Assembly (NCBI GenBank): GCA_051013385.1
Contig: CP143273.1
Span: 1,792,001-1,856,000 of the forward strand
DNA from: Phormidium sp.
GTDB lineage: Bacteria > Cyanobacteriota > Cyanobacteriia > Cyanobacteriales > Aerosakkonemataceae
Direction: 5' to 3'
DNA: 64,000 bases
Shown here in pieces: positions 40,161 through 49,232 of this stretch; within the stretch, counting starts at the first letter, position 1; each line of letters begins with the position of its first letter. The notes beneath the pieces were generated by a model, which searched no databases, was not told the origin of the DNA, and was given only the letters and a program-made list of their open reading frames with translations. Made by a program: the position numbers and the translations under genes.

Positions 40161-40928
40161 ATGGATACACCAGAATCAGTGATTAAGCAAAGCCAACTAA
40201 TTAATCTGTTAGTGATCGATCGCCGCACCGCAGAAGAGTTAGGACGGGTAGATTATTTGTGGTTAGATCCGCAAATTCATAGAGTCATCGGTTTAAGTTG
40301 TAAGTCAGGTTTTTTGGGTAGCAGTAAACAAGGTGTAACTTGGCGACAAATTGACTCTTTTGGCGAAGATAGCATTTTGGTAAATATTAACCGTGACGAA
40401 TTTGCTAATCCCGAAAAACCTGATGAAGTATATTCTTTAATTGGTCATGGAGTGTGGACGGATACTGGTAGTAAGGTTGGCAAGTTAGTAGATTATTTAA
40501 TTGTACCTCGGAGTGGTGCTGTAGTTAATTATTTGTTCGCTTCTAGTGGTTGGCGGGGAATGTTAGATGGTCTTTACATTTTACCAATTTCTAAAATTCG
40601 CACTATTGGTAGTAAGCGGTTAATTGTAGAGGAAGCGACTTTTCAAGAACCGCAATTTTATTCTGAGGGTTTGAATCAAAAAGTAGGACAAATCAAAGAG
40701 TTACTTCAGACAGATTTAGAGGAGACAAAGCGCCATTTAGATTCCCTAGCAAGGGGGGCGCAGAATATTGCGGAACAAGCAAAAGATAGGGCGAAAGAGT
40801 TGGGCGATCGAGCAAAAGAACAACTTTCCGAAACTCAACAAAAATCGGAAAATCCTGCTTTACCGGAAGCGCCAGAGATTATTCAAGTTAAAGCTGAGTT
40901 GGTAGAAGATTCTGAGGAGAAGAAATAA
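40161..40928 (+). CDS. PRC-barrel domain protein
   Basis: Two PRC-barrel repeats (LINLLVIDR.T.EELGRV; LIGH.VWTDTG.KVGKL). Confidence 0.85.
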   Translation: MDTPESVIKQSQLINLLVIDRRTAEELGRVDYLWLDPQIHRVIGLSCKSGFLGSSKQGVTWRQIDSFGEDSILVNINRDEFANPEKPDEVYSLIGHGVWTDTGSKVGKLVDYLIVPRSGAVVNYLFASSGWRGMLDGLYILPISKIRTIGSKRLIVEEATFQEPQFYSEGLNQKVGQIKELLQTDLEETKRHLDSLARGAQNIAEQAKDRAKELGDRAKEQLSETQQKSENPALPEAPEIIQVKAELVEDSEEKK

Positions 40929-41009
40929 GTTTAAGTTGGCAAATTGGGGGAAGTGCGATCGGCATTTCTCCCCGTAAGCTGGCAAATATTTAGTTAGGAG
41001 AATTAGCTA

Positions 41010-41621
41010 ATGACGGGAATTATCCAAGCAGTTGAAAAGCGTTACTACTCCCCAGAGGAGTATTTAGCATTGGAAGAAGCGGCGGAATCTAAAAGTGAAT
41101 ATTACGATGGGGAGATTGTACCGATGACGGGTGGAACTACTAATCATAACCAAATTGCACTTAATGTAAGTGTTGCTTTAAGTATTGCTTTCAAAAGAAA
41201 AGATTATCGAGTTTTTATGGGTGATGTCCGTTTATGGATACCGAAAAAACGAAGTTACACTTATCCAGATGTGATGGTAATTGCGGGAAAACCAGAATAT
41301 TTTGAGCAACGAAAGGATACTGTTACTAATCCTCAAGTAATTGTGGAGGTGTTATCTAAATCTACTAAAGCTTACGATCGAAGTGGGAAGTTTAAGTTTT
41401 ATCAGACGATTCCGAGTTTTCAAGAATATATTTTGATTGACCAAAGTCAGAGGTCTATTGAACAGTATTCTAAGCAGGAAAATAAGCGGTGGTCTTATTA
41501 TGTTTATGATGAAGAAGATTTGGCGTTAGTTTTTAGTTCTTTTTCGGTGGAAGTGTCTTTGGAAGATATTTATGAGAAGGTTGATTTTGATGCAGAAGAA
41601 ATAGAAGATGTGGGGGAGTGA
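41010..41621 (+). CDS. Uma2 family endonuclease
   Basis: YSPEEYL.LEE....KSEY.DGEI..M.GG..NHN, YPDVMV, VEVLSKST..YDR..KF..Y. Confidence 0.92.
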   Translation: MTGIIQAVEKRYYSPEEYLALEEAAESKSEYYDGEIVPMTGGTTNHNQIALNVSVALSIAFKRKDYRVFMGDVRLWIPKKRSYTYPDVMVIAGKPEYFEQRKDTVTNPQVIVEVLSKSTKAYDRSGKFKFYQTIPSFQEYILIDQSQRSIEQYSKQENKRWSYYVYDEEDLALVFSSFSVEVSLEDIYEKVDFDAEEIEDVGE

Positions 41622-41635
41622 ATAGTTGAAATTTA

Positions 41636-41675
41636 ACCGCAGATGAATGCAGATGAACGCGGATGAACGCAGATG
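41636..41675 (+). repeat. Tandem 10-mer repeat (AACGCAGATG)x4
   Basis: accgcagatg aatgcagatg aacgcggatg aacgcagatg; a second array is at 56589-56628. Confidence 0.85.
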
Positions 41676-41863
41676 TAGAGGGGGGTTTTTGTGGGAGGTG
41701 CGATCGCGCTTTTCTATTCGATCGTTCACTTTCCCTATTTGCGCTTCCATCTCAGCAATTAATCAGGTAAAATAGCTCAAAAATAAAGAAACCATCCGCA
41801 AATTTTCCGAACCGCTGATGGCTTCTTAAGATATTAAAAAATCATCCTTAAAGGACGATCATC

Positions 41864-42697
41864 ATGTCTAATTGTAAAGCAAAAACTGGCTCTGGTAAAC
41901 CAAATTTAAAAGCTGGGCAAATTATTCGGTTAAACTACAAAGGACGGGACTTTGAGAGCATTATCATTGACCCCGATGGATTGGGGAAGAATCAACCTAC
42001 CATCGGTTTAGGTTTTCGGATGATGGAACGGTATATGGGGATCAATCACGCTACGCTATCAAATCGATGGGTGGTTGCAAGTGAGGGGGTAGAGTGGCTA
42101 AAACTGCCATCTGGTAAGACTTTCAGGGTGGTTACAAGTAACGGAGAAGATGGGAACCTCTACAAAGTTATTGAAGCAAGTGATTGGACGCAGATAGCTG
42201 TGGATCTGCTCGTCCATCCCGGACGCACGAGTAAAAACACTCTGGAAAAATTAGGTGATTTTCTTAATTGGTTTGCAGCAGAAGGACTCTACGCGCAAGC
42301 TTATACTGCGATTAAAAGAGTTTATTCTTATGATGATTCTCTTAGTTTACGGCGTTGGCGAGAGGAGAGAGAATTGGGGAAACCTCGCCGCAAAACTTAT
42401 GCGGAATATATTCAGGAAAAGTCTCCTAATCAACAGGGTTATTGGACAAATGTTGTCTACCTGGGATTGTTTAATCTGAAAGCTGCGGAAATGAAAGAAA
42501 TCTGGAAGTTGGTAGCAGGTAAAAAGACGATCGCTCGTAATTATATTCCCGAAGCAGTTGGGTTGAAAATTGTCGCTTACTGTGAGAAGTGGGTAGTAGA
42601 AATGGATTTGGAAAATTTGGGAGAATGTCATCAGGAAGCGATTCGATTAGCGCGGCGGAAGTTTGCGCGGGAGTTAAAGTGCGGTAACGAGAGTTAG
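41864..42697 (+). CDS. Phage antirepressor-like DNA-binding protein
   Basis: C-terminal R..GK..RK.......Y...TN.VY.GLF...A.EMK........RNY pattern, recalled from phage antirepressor/DinD-like C-terminal domains. Judged by eye. Confidence 0.5.
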   Translation: MSNCKAKTGSGKPNLKAGQIIRLNYKGRDFESIIIDPDGLGKNQPTIGLGFRMMERYMGINHATLSNRWVVASEGVEWLKLPSGKTFRVVTSNGEDGNLYKVIEASDWTQIAVDLLVHPGRTSKNTLEKLGDFLNWFAAEGLYAQAYTAIKRVYSYDDSLSLRRWREERELGKPRRKTYAEYIQEKSPNQQGYWTNVVYLGLFNLKAAEMKEIWKLVAGKKTIARNYIPEAVGLKIVAYCEKWVVEMDLENLGECHQEAIRLARRKFARELKCGNES

Positions 42698-42744
42698 TTG
42701 GAGTTGGGGGAAGGATGTGCGATCGCATTTTTCCCTTCTCTTAG

Positions 42745-43110
42745 CTAAACTCTTCCCAGATCCTTTTCTTTGTAATGTTTGATAGCTGCTTTGAGTTTAG
42801 GGTTAAGTTCTGGGGGATTTTCAATTGCTGAGGTAACAATTTCCCAGTCTTTTTCGGAAAGTGCGATCGCTTCTGGTTGCAAGGGTATTTCTTCTGCTAA
42901 TGGTTTTGCTTTTCTTTCGGCAATTTCTTGTTTAGCACGTTGCGCCGCATTAATTAGTTGCTGTTGTGTTTTCTTAAATGATTTATCCCATTTCCTCTCA
43001 TCTTCTAAATCAGCAATATATTCTCGTAAATGTTCGGCTACTTGTTCTTGTAATGTTTCCGGTAAAGATTCCATCATGGCGATGACGGTTGTAATAGCTG
43101 GAGATGACAT
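42745..43110 (-). CDS. Chimeric antitoxin-like protein (cyanobacterial antitoxin N-part + DUF1778/TacA-like C-part)
   Basis: N-part ESLPETLQEQVAEHLREYIADLEDERKWDKSF; C-part IALSEKDWEIVTSAIENPPELNPKLKAAI. Confidence 0.6.
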   Translation of the reverse strand: MSSPAITTVIAMMESLPETLQEQVAEHLREYIADLEDERKWDKSFKKTQQQLINAAQRAKQEIAERKAKPLAEEIPLQPEAIALSEKDWEIVTSAIENPPELNPKLKAAIKHYKEKDLGRV

Positions 43111-43247
43111 AAAAAATAATCCTCTAATAGCGGGGATTTTGATATTAGTTTATCATTTGGGAAAAGTGCGATCGACATTCTCATCTAAAAGATATTTTAG
43201 GGATATACTCAACTTATTTATTTTATATGACTTAAGGAGAAACTTTA

Positions 43248-44126
43248 GTGAATAACAATAGTTATATCTACTACACTTTAGATTCTAGTTTTGCGCCAGA
43301 AAGCATAAGAACGTTAACTGATTTAGCCGAATGTGTGAAGGTGTTCTCAGATTTGCCAAATCGTGTACTAACAGACCTACAATGGCTTCCAGGTTCACCT
43401 GAAGAGAAAAAGATCGTTGAGGGAATCAGAGAAATTTATTACTGGACAGAGCAATGGCTATCTTACTATCTGTTCGACCAAAAGCAGATTAAGTCTCATC
43501 TATTATCTACAGATGGAAAGCACTTTCAAAGTCATGCTCAAATATCTGTAGCACAGTATCAATTATGTATAGAAGCGTACCGTTATCCAGGATGGGCTAG
43601 AGACTTCTTTTGCTCTTCAGCTGGAGTATGGCTAAGTTGTGAATACGAAAGTTGCTTATTGGGATTAGAAAATGCTGGCTTGATCGGAAAACCACTCATA
43701 GTCAGCAAAGAGCAGTACAAGGTTACAATAGACCAATTTTGGAAAAATCGAGACGGAGATTACACTTCTGAAGTTGTGCCAAAAAATCCTAAAAAACAGA
43801 AGCAACTCTGGGAAAAACAAAGACAAGAACGTGAAAAGAGGAAAATAAAACTTGCTGATGGCTTTTCCGAAAAACAGTCAGATGTAGTTGTTAAGTCAGC
43901 TTCTCCATTCTATATGTTGATGCTCACAGCTTTCTATTTAGCAGAAAAAGATCCTAAATTCCGAGAAGTTTACCAAGACTGGATAAGAGCAAATAAACGC
44001 CATGCAAGCAACATTAAGAGAAACAAAAACTTGCATAGTATTTTCCTAACGTCTTTCGGTGAGCCTATTGATACTCAGTCAAATGCCAACTTACCTGGTT
44101 CTCGTTTGAAGAAGCGAAGGAAATAG
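43248..44126 (+). CDS. Hypothetical protein (basic C-terminus)
   Basis: 292-aa ORF with GTG start and AAGGAG RBS. No family recognised. Confidence 0.7.
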   Translation: MNNNSYIYYTLDSSFAPESIRTLTDLAECVKVFSDLPNRVLTDLQWLPGSPEEKKIVEGIREIYYWTEQWLSYYLFDQKQIKSHLLSTDGKHFQSHAQISVAQYQLCIEAYRYPGWARDFFCSSAGVWLSCEYESCLLGLENAGLIGKPLIVSKEQYKVTIDQFWKNRDGDYTSEVVPKNPKKQKQLWEKQRQEREKRKIKLADGFSEKQSDVVVKSASPFYMLMLTAFYLAEKDPKFREVYQDWIRANKRHASNIKRNKNLHSIFLTSFGEPIDTQSNANLPGSRLKKRRK

Positions 44127-44253
44127 GCTTTCGGTCAGCGCAAAATATAAAGTTATGTAAATAGCTATTTCAAATGCCCAAGGGCTATTTGATTGGGATT
44201 AATCTCCAATAAGTAGCGTTTCTAGCGCAGAGTAAATTTTTCAGGAGATCATT

Positions 44254-44802
44254 ATGAATTCCAATCAGCACAACGGGGCTGGTCTATCTCAGCCTGCATC
44301 TTCGTATGCCAACAAACGAGAATATGACTTTACTACTCAAAAGAAAGTAGGGAAGGAAGGGGAAGCAAAAATTGATTTATGGCTCAAATTTCATGGCTAT
44401 GATATTCAGGATGTATCGGAAATACCAGAGTATCAAAAGGCTGGAATTGACCGACTATTAATTCGACCTGACGGTGAAATTGCAAAAGCTGAATTTAAGA
44501 CTGATAGAATAGCTAAAAACAGTGAACAATTGTTTTTTGAGACTGTATCAGTTGTTCATCGTAATATTCTTGGGTGGGGATGGACTTCTCAAGCTGATCT
44601 CTGGATCTTTTTAATTCCAGGGCAAGAACTTTTATTCATTGAACCAGGGAAACTCCGCTCTTTAGTTGCCGAAAAACTAGCAATATTAGAAAAGAAATCA
44701 GTACAAAATAAAGGATACTCTAGTGAGGGCTTCCTTGTACCTCTGGAAGAGGTGCGTAAAATTGCTCTTCATGTATCTAAATTTCGTGATGTTCCTTTCT
44801 AA
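44254..44802 (+). CDS. PD-(D/E)XK nuclease-fold protein
   Basis: GKEGE ... YQKAGIDRLL ... AEFKTD motif order; LFFETVS and GWGWTSQAD recall phage-type nucleases. Confidence 0.7.
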   Translation: MNSNQHNGAGLSQPASSYANKREYDFTTQKKVGKEGEAKIDLWLKFHGYDIQDVSEIPEYQKAGIDRLLIRPDGEIAKAEFKTDRIAKNSEQLFFETVSVVHRNILGWGWTSQADLWIFLIPGQELLFIEPGKLRSLVAEKLAILEKKSVQNKGYSSEGFLVPLEEVRKIALHVSKFRDVPF

Positions 44803-44880
44803 TATCAGACAAGAGGTAAAAAGTGCTGGTAAACAAATTCTAGTCAATTCTTTACTAGCCAAATAATGAGATGTTTAACA

Positions 44881-44910
44881 AGTAAGGTGGAGATTACATC
44901 CATCTTACTA
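44881..44910. terminator. Hairpin between convergent genes
   Basis: agtaaggtgga-gattaca-tccatcttact followed by atttt. Confidence 0.55.
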
Positions 44911-44943
44911 TTTTAATCTATGTTCCCACATCGCATCACCTAA

Positions 44944-45384
44944 TCATTCTGGACAAACACTATGATCTCGATCGAACCACACAATATAGTAAATCGAACC
45001 TACACGAAAACCAAAAATCCGCTTTCTTTCATCAACCCGCATTTCTGAAAGTTTCACATCATCGCTGATACTTTCAGGTAACTTTGGATGATTAGTAATT
45101 AACTTATATCCGCAACCAACAGAACCACCACGTTGTTTAGAACCTTGACTTTTTATTTGTGCCCATGTATATCTCTCAATTTTTTTAAGTGCGCGGATCA
45201 AATCATCAATTTCTGAAGAGTTCCATTCCGATAAACACCAGCGGTTTTGATCGGTATGCTCAAACCTAAAACTGGGGTGTTGTTCGTCTGCGTTCTCTGA
45301 ACCTGTTGGATGAGTTAAAGCTGATTGAGGGATTCGCCGTGACGAACTTCCACCTGTAGGTTTTTTAATCTTAGACTTTCCCAC
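44944..45384 (-). CDS. Putative RelE/ParE-like (MAG6450-like) toxin
   Basis: SEMRVDERKRIFGFRVGSIYYIVWFDRDH; its GTG start overlaps the upstream TAG stop (TAGTG). Confidence 0.7.
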   Translation of the reverse strand: MGKSKIKKPTGGSSSRRIPQSALTHPTGSENADEQHPSFRFEHTDQNRWCLSEWNSSEIDDLIRALKKIERYTWAQIKSQGSKQRGGSVGCGYKLITNHPKLPESISDDVKLSEMRVDERKRIFGFRVGSIYYIVWFDRDHSVCPE

Positions 45385-45839
45385 TACTCCTCCAAGAAAG
45401 AGGCGTAATAAGTTTTCATATCTTCATGGGAAATCTCATTTGATGATTTTTCGGCAGGATTTAAACCATTACGAGCATTAATCCAAGGATCTTCTGAATG
45501 AGTCAAATCTTCAAGTCGTTTAGCACTTAATTCCCCATAAGCATTCCAAACTTCTTCTAAAACTTCTATTTCATCTTCTTCAAATTCTGGCAATTCTTCT
45601 TTCGGTTCGGGAATAGATCCATGTTGATAGTCTTTATAATTATCCCAAACTTCGTATATTGCAGGCCCATGAATCCAAGCTTGAATTTTCTCAGAAAAAA
45701 GTGGTTTATCTCTCAATACCAAACTCCAAGCTTGTGCATAATAAACCAATTTTTGCAGTTTCAGCGGGGAGATTGTATCACCGACATCTCGATCGACACG
45801 GTACAAGAAATAACGCGCAATATCTAAAGCACTTTTCAT
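45384..45839 (-). CDS. Panacea-domain (DUF4065/SocA/GepA-like) antitoxin
   Basis: ISPLKLQKLVYYAQAW..LF.EKIQAWIHGP, YG.LSA..LE.LTH.EDPW..AR. Confidence 0.9.
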   Translation of the reverse strand: MKSALDIARYFLYRVDRDVGDTISPLKLQKLVYYAQAWSLVLRDKPLFSEKIQAWIHGPAIYEVWDNYKDYQHGSIPEPKEELPEFEEDEIEVLEEVWNAYGELSAKRLEDLTHSEDPWINARNGLNPAEKSSNEISHEDMKTYYASFLEE

Positions 45840-45946
45840 CGTTTAAACCTTCAAATGCAAAGTTAACAAGTTTAAAATTACTGCTTCATACTCCTATTAT
45901 TCTAACAAACATTTGATTTTGAATTTAGGCGATCGCACAACAAATC

Positions 45947-46441
45947 CTACTCATTTTCCCACTCACTAACTTCCCCAGGATAGAAAGCATCTTCTAAAAT
46001 CTGAGATAAATTGTAGGGACATTCTACTGGAAAAGTCCGACGAGATAATTCTGTTTCCTTAACAGCTAATTCCACACCTTTAATATAAGCTTTCTGTAGT
46101 GCCTCTTCCAAGTAAGGTTTTAAACTGGGATTATCTTCTAATAATTCGGAAACATCCAAACGTTGAATGCGAATTGTTGCTAACCTACTCCGACTTCTGC
46201 GATCGGATTGATATTCCCATTTTAGCAAATGTCCAATTAGCAAGCTTAAACGATTTCGCAGTTCTTGACGTTGCTGTTTTCCCAAAGATTCTATTTCCTC
46301 AATTAAATTTTCTAAGTCAAGTTGACTCCATTGTTTATTGCGGAGTAAACACGCTTGTTCCTGCGTCCATGAGTAGAAATCTGTTTCGTAAAGATTTGGT
46401 GAGGGCATTAATATTTCTGAGTTAGTTTCCGGTGCATACAT
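45947..46441 (-). CDS. DUF29 family protein
   Basis: LYETDFYSWTQEQA.LLR...W..LDLENLIEEIESLGK, HLLKWEYQ, FP.ECPY. Confidence 0.92.
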   Translation of the reverse strand: MYAPETNSEILMPSPNLYETDFYSWTQEQACLLRNKQWSQLDLENLIEEIESLGKQQRQELRNRLSLLIGHLLKWEYQSDRRSRSRLATIRIQRLDVSELLEDNPSLKPYLEEALQKAYIKGVELAVKETELSRRTFPVECPYNLSQILEDAFYPGEVSEWENE

Positions 46442-46455
46442 CGATATTTTTCACC

Positions 46456-46686
46456 TTAATCTAATAAATCTGCTTTAAGATATGCCAATGTTCCACGTTT
46501 AGCTGTTCCTGATTTTAGCGCTGTTAAAGTTTGATTGGCATTTTCAGCAATCTCCGCCCTTCGCTTTTCTATGCGCCGCTTTTGGATGAGTTCAATTAAT
46601 AAATCTTGATCTTCTGGGGAGAGTGCTTCTACGTAATCAATCAGCGTTTGAAAGGTGATAGAGTTACTCATTATTTTAGTGTTCAA
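46456..46686 (-). CDS. Small antitoxin-like protein (no cognate toxin adjacent)
   Basis: TFQ.LIDYVEALSPEDQDLLIELIQKR.IE.RR.EI.....G.AKRGT...L..DL pattern, typical of cyanobacterial antitoxins. Confidence 0.6.
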   Translation of the reverse strand: MNTKIMSNSITFQTLIDYVEALSPEDQDLLIELIQKRRIEKRRAEIAENANQTLTALKSGTAKRGTLAYLKADLLD

Positions 46687-46729
46687 AGCTGGAATAAATT
46701 ACTGATGCTAACAATCTAATGTTTTCCTT

Positions 46730-46787
46730 TTTTAGCAAACACGGATTTATTTTTCCCTGCTTCTGTATTTTAGCAAACACGGATTTA
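46730..46787. repeat. 20-bp direct repeat TTTTAGCAAACACGGATTTA
   Basis: Copies at 46730-46749 and 46768-46787. Confidence 0.75.
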
Positions 46788-46825
46788 GTTGCAAAACAAA
46801 TAGACGATCGCACATCCTCAATACA

Positions 46826-47101
46826 TTATTCAGACCTTGTATTTCTTTCTATCCGACTTAGTAGGTCGATAATTGCTCTCAATGCTTCTGTAATTACGTA
46901 AATAACTACACAGCTAATTAAAACATTAAATAAAGAAAAGAAAAAGAATGGGCTGGTGAATCCTTGGTTAAAAAATAGTACAGAAGCATTAATTGCGACT
47001 ACAATAAAATAACCGACAAACTGAAGTATTTTTAGATGAGTAAGGAATCTGGTGTACAGTCGATTTTGATTTGAACTGTTATTGGATATGTTACTGCTCA
47101 T
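46826..47101 (-). CDS. Small two-TM hypothetical protein
   Basis: Two hydrophobic helices, C-terminal IIDLLSRIERNTR motif. Confidence 0.65.
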   Translation of the reverse strand: MSSNISNNSSNQNRLYTRFLTHLKILQFVGYFIVVAINASVLFFNQGFTSPFFFFSLFNVLISCVVIYVITEALRAIIDLLSRIERNTRSE

Positions 47102-47143
47102 AAGTAAGTCCTTTTTTACAATTTAAACTAAGCGAAAATTTCC

Positions 47144-47168
47144 GTAGGGTGAACATTGCCCACCCTAC
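47144..47168. repeat. GTAG-type REP palindrome downstream of chlB
   Basis: gtagggtg-aacattgcc-caccctac. Confidence 0.75.
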
Positions 47169-47189
47169 TACTATACTACTAACAACTAA

Positions 47190-48716
47190 CTAAGCGCCGA
47201 CTGCTTCTTTTGCTGCATACATTACTTCAACAGTAATCTGCGAAATGTTTCTTTCACGGGCAAACTTTTCGGTATTTCGCTTCACTTTCCCTCGGACAAA
47301 ACCAGGAACTTTATTCAATTCCCCCTGTGCTTCTTTCGTCCAACCTAAATCGGAATCAGCAGAAATTCCTTTGGTAATTACTTCTTTGGTATCATGTCCG
47401 CCGAAGATTTCTAATAGGTGATCTTCCATTCCCAAGGTGAAGGAATTGTAGATTAAATCAACTATTTGATTTGTGCCTTCGTATCCAACGAAAGGTTTGT
47501 AGCCAATGGGGAAATTTTGAATGTGAATTGGTGATGCTATTACGCCGCAAGGAATGTCTAAACGTTTACCGACGTGGCGTTCCATTTGGGTGCCGAAAAT
47601 GGCGGAGGGTTCTACTCTGGCGATCGCATCTCCGATCGCACCATTGTCATCACTAATTATCACTTCATCGCAATATTCGCTAACTTGTTCCCGGAACCAA
47701 TCAGCATCATATTTACAATAAGTTCCCGCCCAAACTACATGAATTCCCATCTCACGAGCGAGAATTTTCGTAATAGCAGCAGCGTGGGTATTATCACCAA
47801 ATACAACCGCTTTTTTCCCAGTTAAATTCTGACAGTCAATGGAACGAGAAAACCAAGCAGCTTGGGAAACATACAAGGTTTGTTGGTTGATGAATTCTTC
47901 GTAATCAACTTCCCCACCTTGGGCATTAATTACTTGTTGAATTTTGCGGATACAACGCGCCGTTTCTACCACTCCCATTGGGGTGATATCTATATAAGGT
48001 GTGCCAAATTCTTGTTCTAAATACTTAGCTGCCATTAACCCAACTTCCCGATAAGGAACTAAGTTAAACCACGCTTTCGGCAGATTTTTTAAGTTCAGAA
48101 CGGAAGCACCTTCGGGAATTACTTGGTTAACTTCAATTCCCAAATCAGCCATTAACTTTTTCAGTTCCATGCAATCATGTTGATTGTGGAAACCTAGCGT
48201 TGTCATCCCAATAATATTAACCGATGGTTTTTCGGTTTTACCTTCGGGAAGGTTGCCTTGTTTCCGCGCTTTCTCTATATAATATTGGACGATTTGATGC
48301 AAAGTCCGATCGGCTGCTTGCAGTTCATTCACGCGATAATGATTTACATCTGCTAACATCACATCGCCTTTCGCTTCAATCTGGGCGCGATCGACAAAAT
48401 TCTGCAAATCTTCTTGTAAAATACTAGAAGTGCAAGTCGGAGTTAGCACGATCAAATCTGGGCGTTCTTCCTGATCTTTGCGGGTAATATTATCAACAAC
48501 CCTTTCTTGGGAACCTCTGGCTAAAACGTGACGGTCTACAATACTAGCAGTCACAGGAGTAAAATCTCTTTCCCGTTCTAACATCGATCGCATTACATTA
48601 AAATAATCATCCCCCAAAGGCGCGTGCATAATCGCATGAACATTTTTGAACGAACTAGCAATCCGTAGCGTGCCAATATGTGCGGGACCTGCATACATCC
48701 AGTAAGCTAATTTCAT
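47190..48716 (-). CDS. chlB: Light-independent protochlorophyllide reductase subunit B
   Basis: [42 protein letters not shown]-terminal PCP_red domain [17 protein letters not shown]. Confidence 0.98.
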   Translation of the reverse strand: MKLAYWMYAGPAHIGTLRIASSFKNVHAIMHAPLGDDYFNVMRSMLERERDFTPVTASIVDRHVLARGSQERVVDNITRKDQEERPDLIVLTPTCTSSILQEDLQNFVDRAQIEAKGDVMLADVNHYRVNELQAADRTLHQIVQYYIEKARKQGNLPEGKTEKPSVNIIGMTTLGFHNQHDCMELKKLMADLGIEVNQVIPEGASVLNLKNLPKAWFNLVPYREVGLMAAKYLEQEFGTPYIDITPMGVVETARCIRKIQQVINAQGGEVDYEEFINQQTLYVSQAAWFSRSIDCQNLTGKKAVVFGDNTHAAAITKILAREMGIHVVWAGTYCKYDADWFREQVSEYCDEVIISDDNGAIGDAIARVEPSAIFGTQMERHVGKRLDIPCGVIASPIHIQNFPIGYKPFVGYEGTNQIVDLIYNSFTLGMEDHLLEIFGGHDTKEVITKGISADSDLGWTKEAQGELNKVPGFVRGKVKRNTEKFARERNISQITVEVMYAAKEAVGA

Positions 48717-48998
48717 AGTGTTCTCCCTTATCCTGACAACCGAAAGATAATTGCTTGATTATCAAATCGTTTCTGATTCTCTCAGAGATACTGTCTTTTA
48801 TGGAGTAGGTAATATTGCGGGTTTTGCTGGGTTTGCGATCGCTCAAATCCTTTTCCTGACTGGAATTTAGCGAAAATTAAAACAACAAAATTGTTGTTTT
48901 AGAGCAATAAATCTTTATGTTTCAGTAAAATTTTGCAAAGCTTTTTTCGCACAAATTACCCGAAAAGTCAACCAAATTTAGCCATTCGTAATTACCAA

Positions 48999-49151
48999 AG
49001 AAACCCGGTTTCTGAACGTAATTAGATCTTTTTTGTAGGGGCGGGTTTAGGAGATAACCCTTCCCTCTAACAGATAACCTTTAAACAAAACCCGCCCTTG
49101 CTGGCTGAGAACGAGAAACCAGGTTTATTGAGTGACGGTGCGGAAGTCCTA
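48999..49151. mobile_element. Degenerate copy of the 16541-16644 MITE with a GTAG-type REP nested inside
   Basis: agaaacccggtttct-gaacgtaatt ... [gtaggggcgggttt 49035 ... aaacccgccc 49097] ... aacgagaaaccaggttt ... ggtgcggaagtccta. Confidence 0.65.
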
Positions 49152-49232
49152 TAGTAAAAAACAAATCACAAAAACCTGAACCTTTTGGAAACCAGTCACG
49201 TCTAAAAGCGCGGTTTTTAAATTCGGGTAACT

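Noticed and set aside
41636..41675. Possible CRISPR array (also 56589-56628, 46730-46787 and 7085-7138)
   Set aside because: Units are 10-20 bp, contiguous or present in only two copies, with no series of unique 30-40 bp spacers and no cas genes.
42779..43255. 158-aa plus-strand ORF
   Set aside because: Antisense shadow of the antitoxin-like gene.
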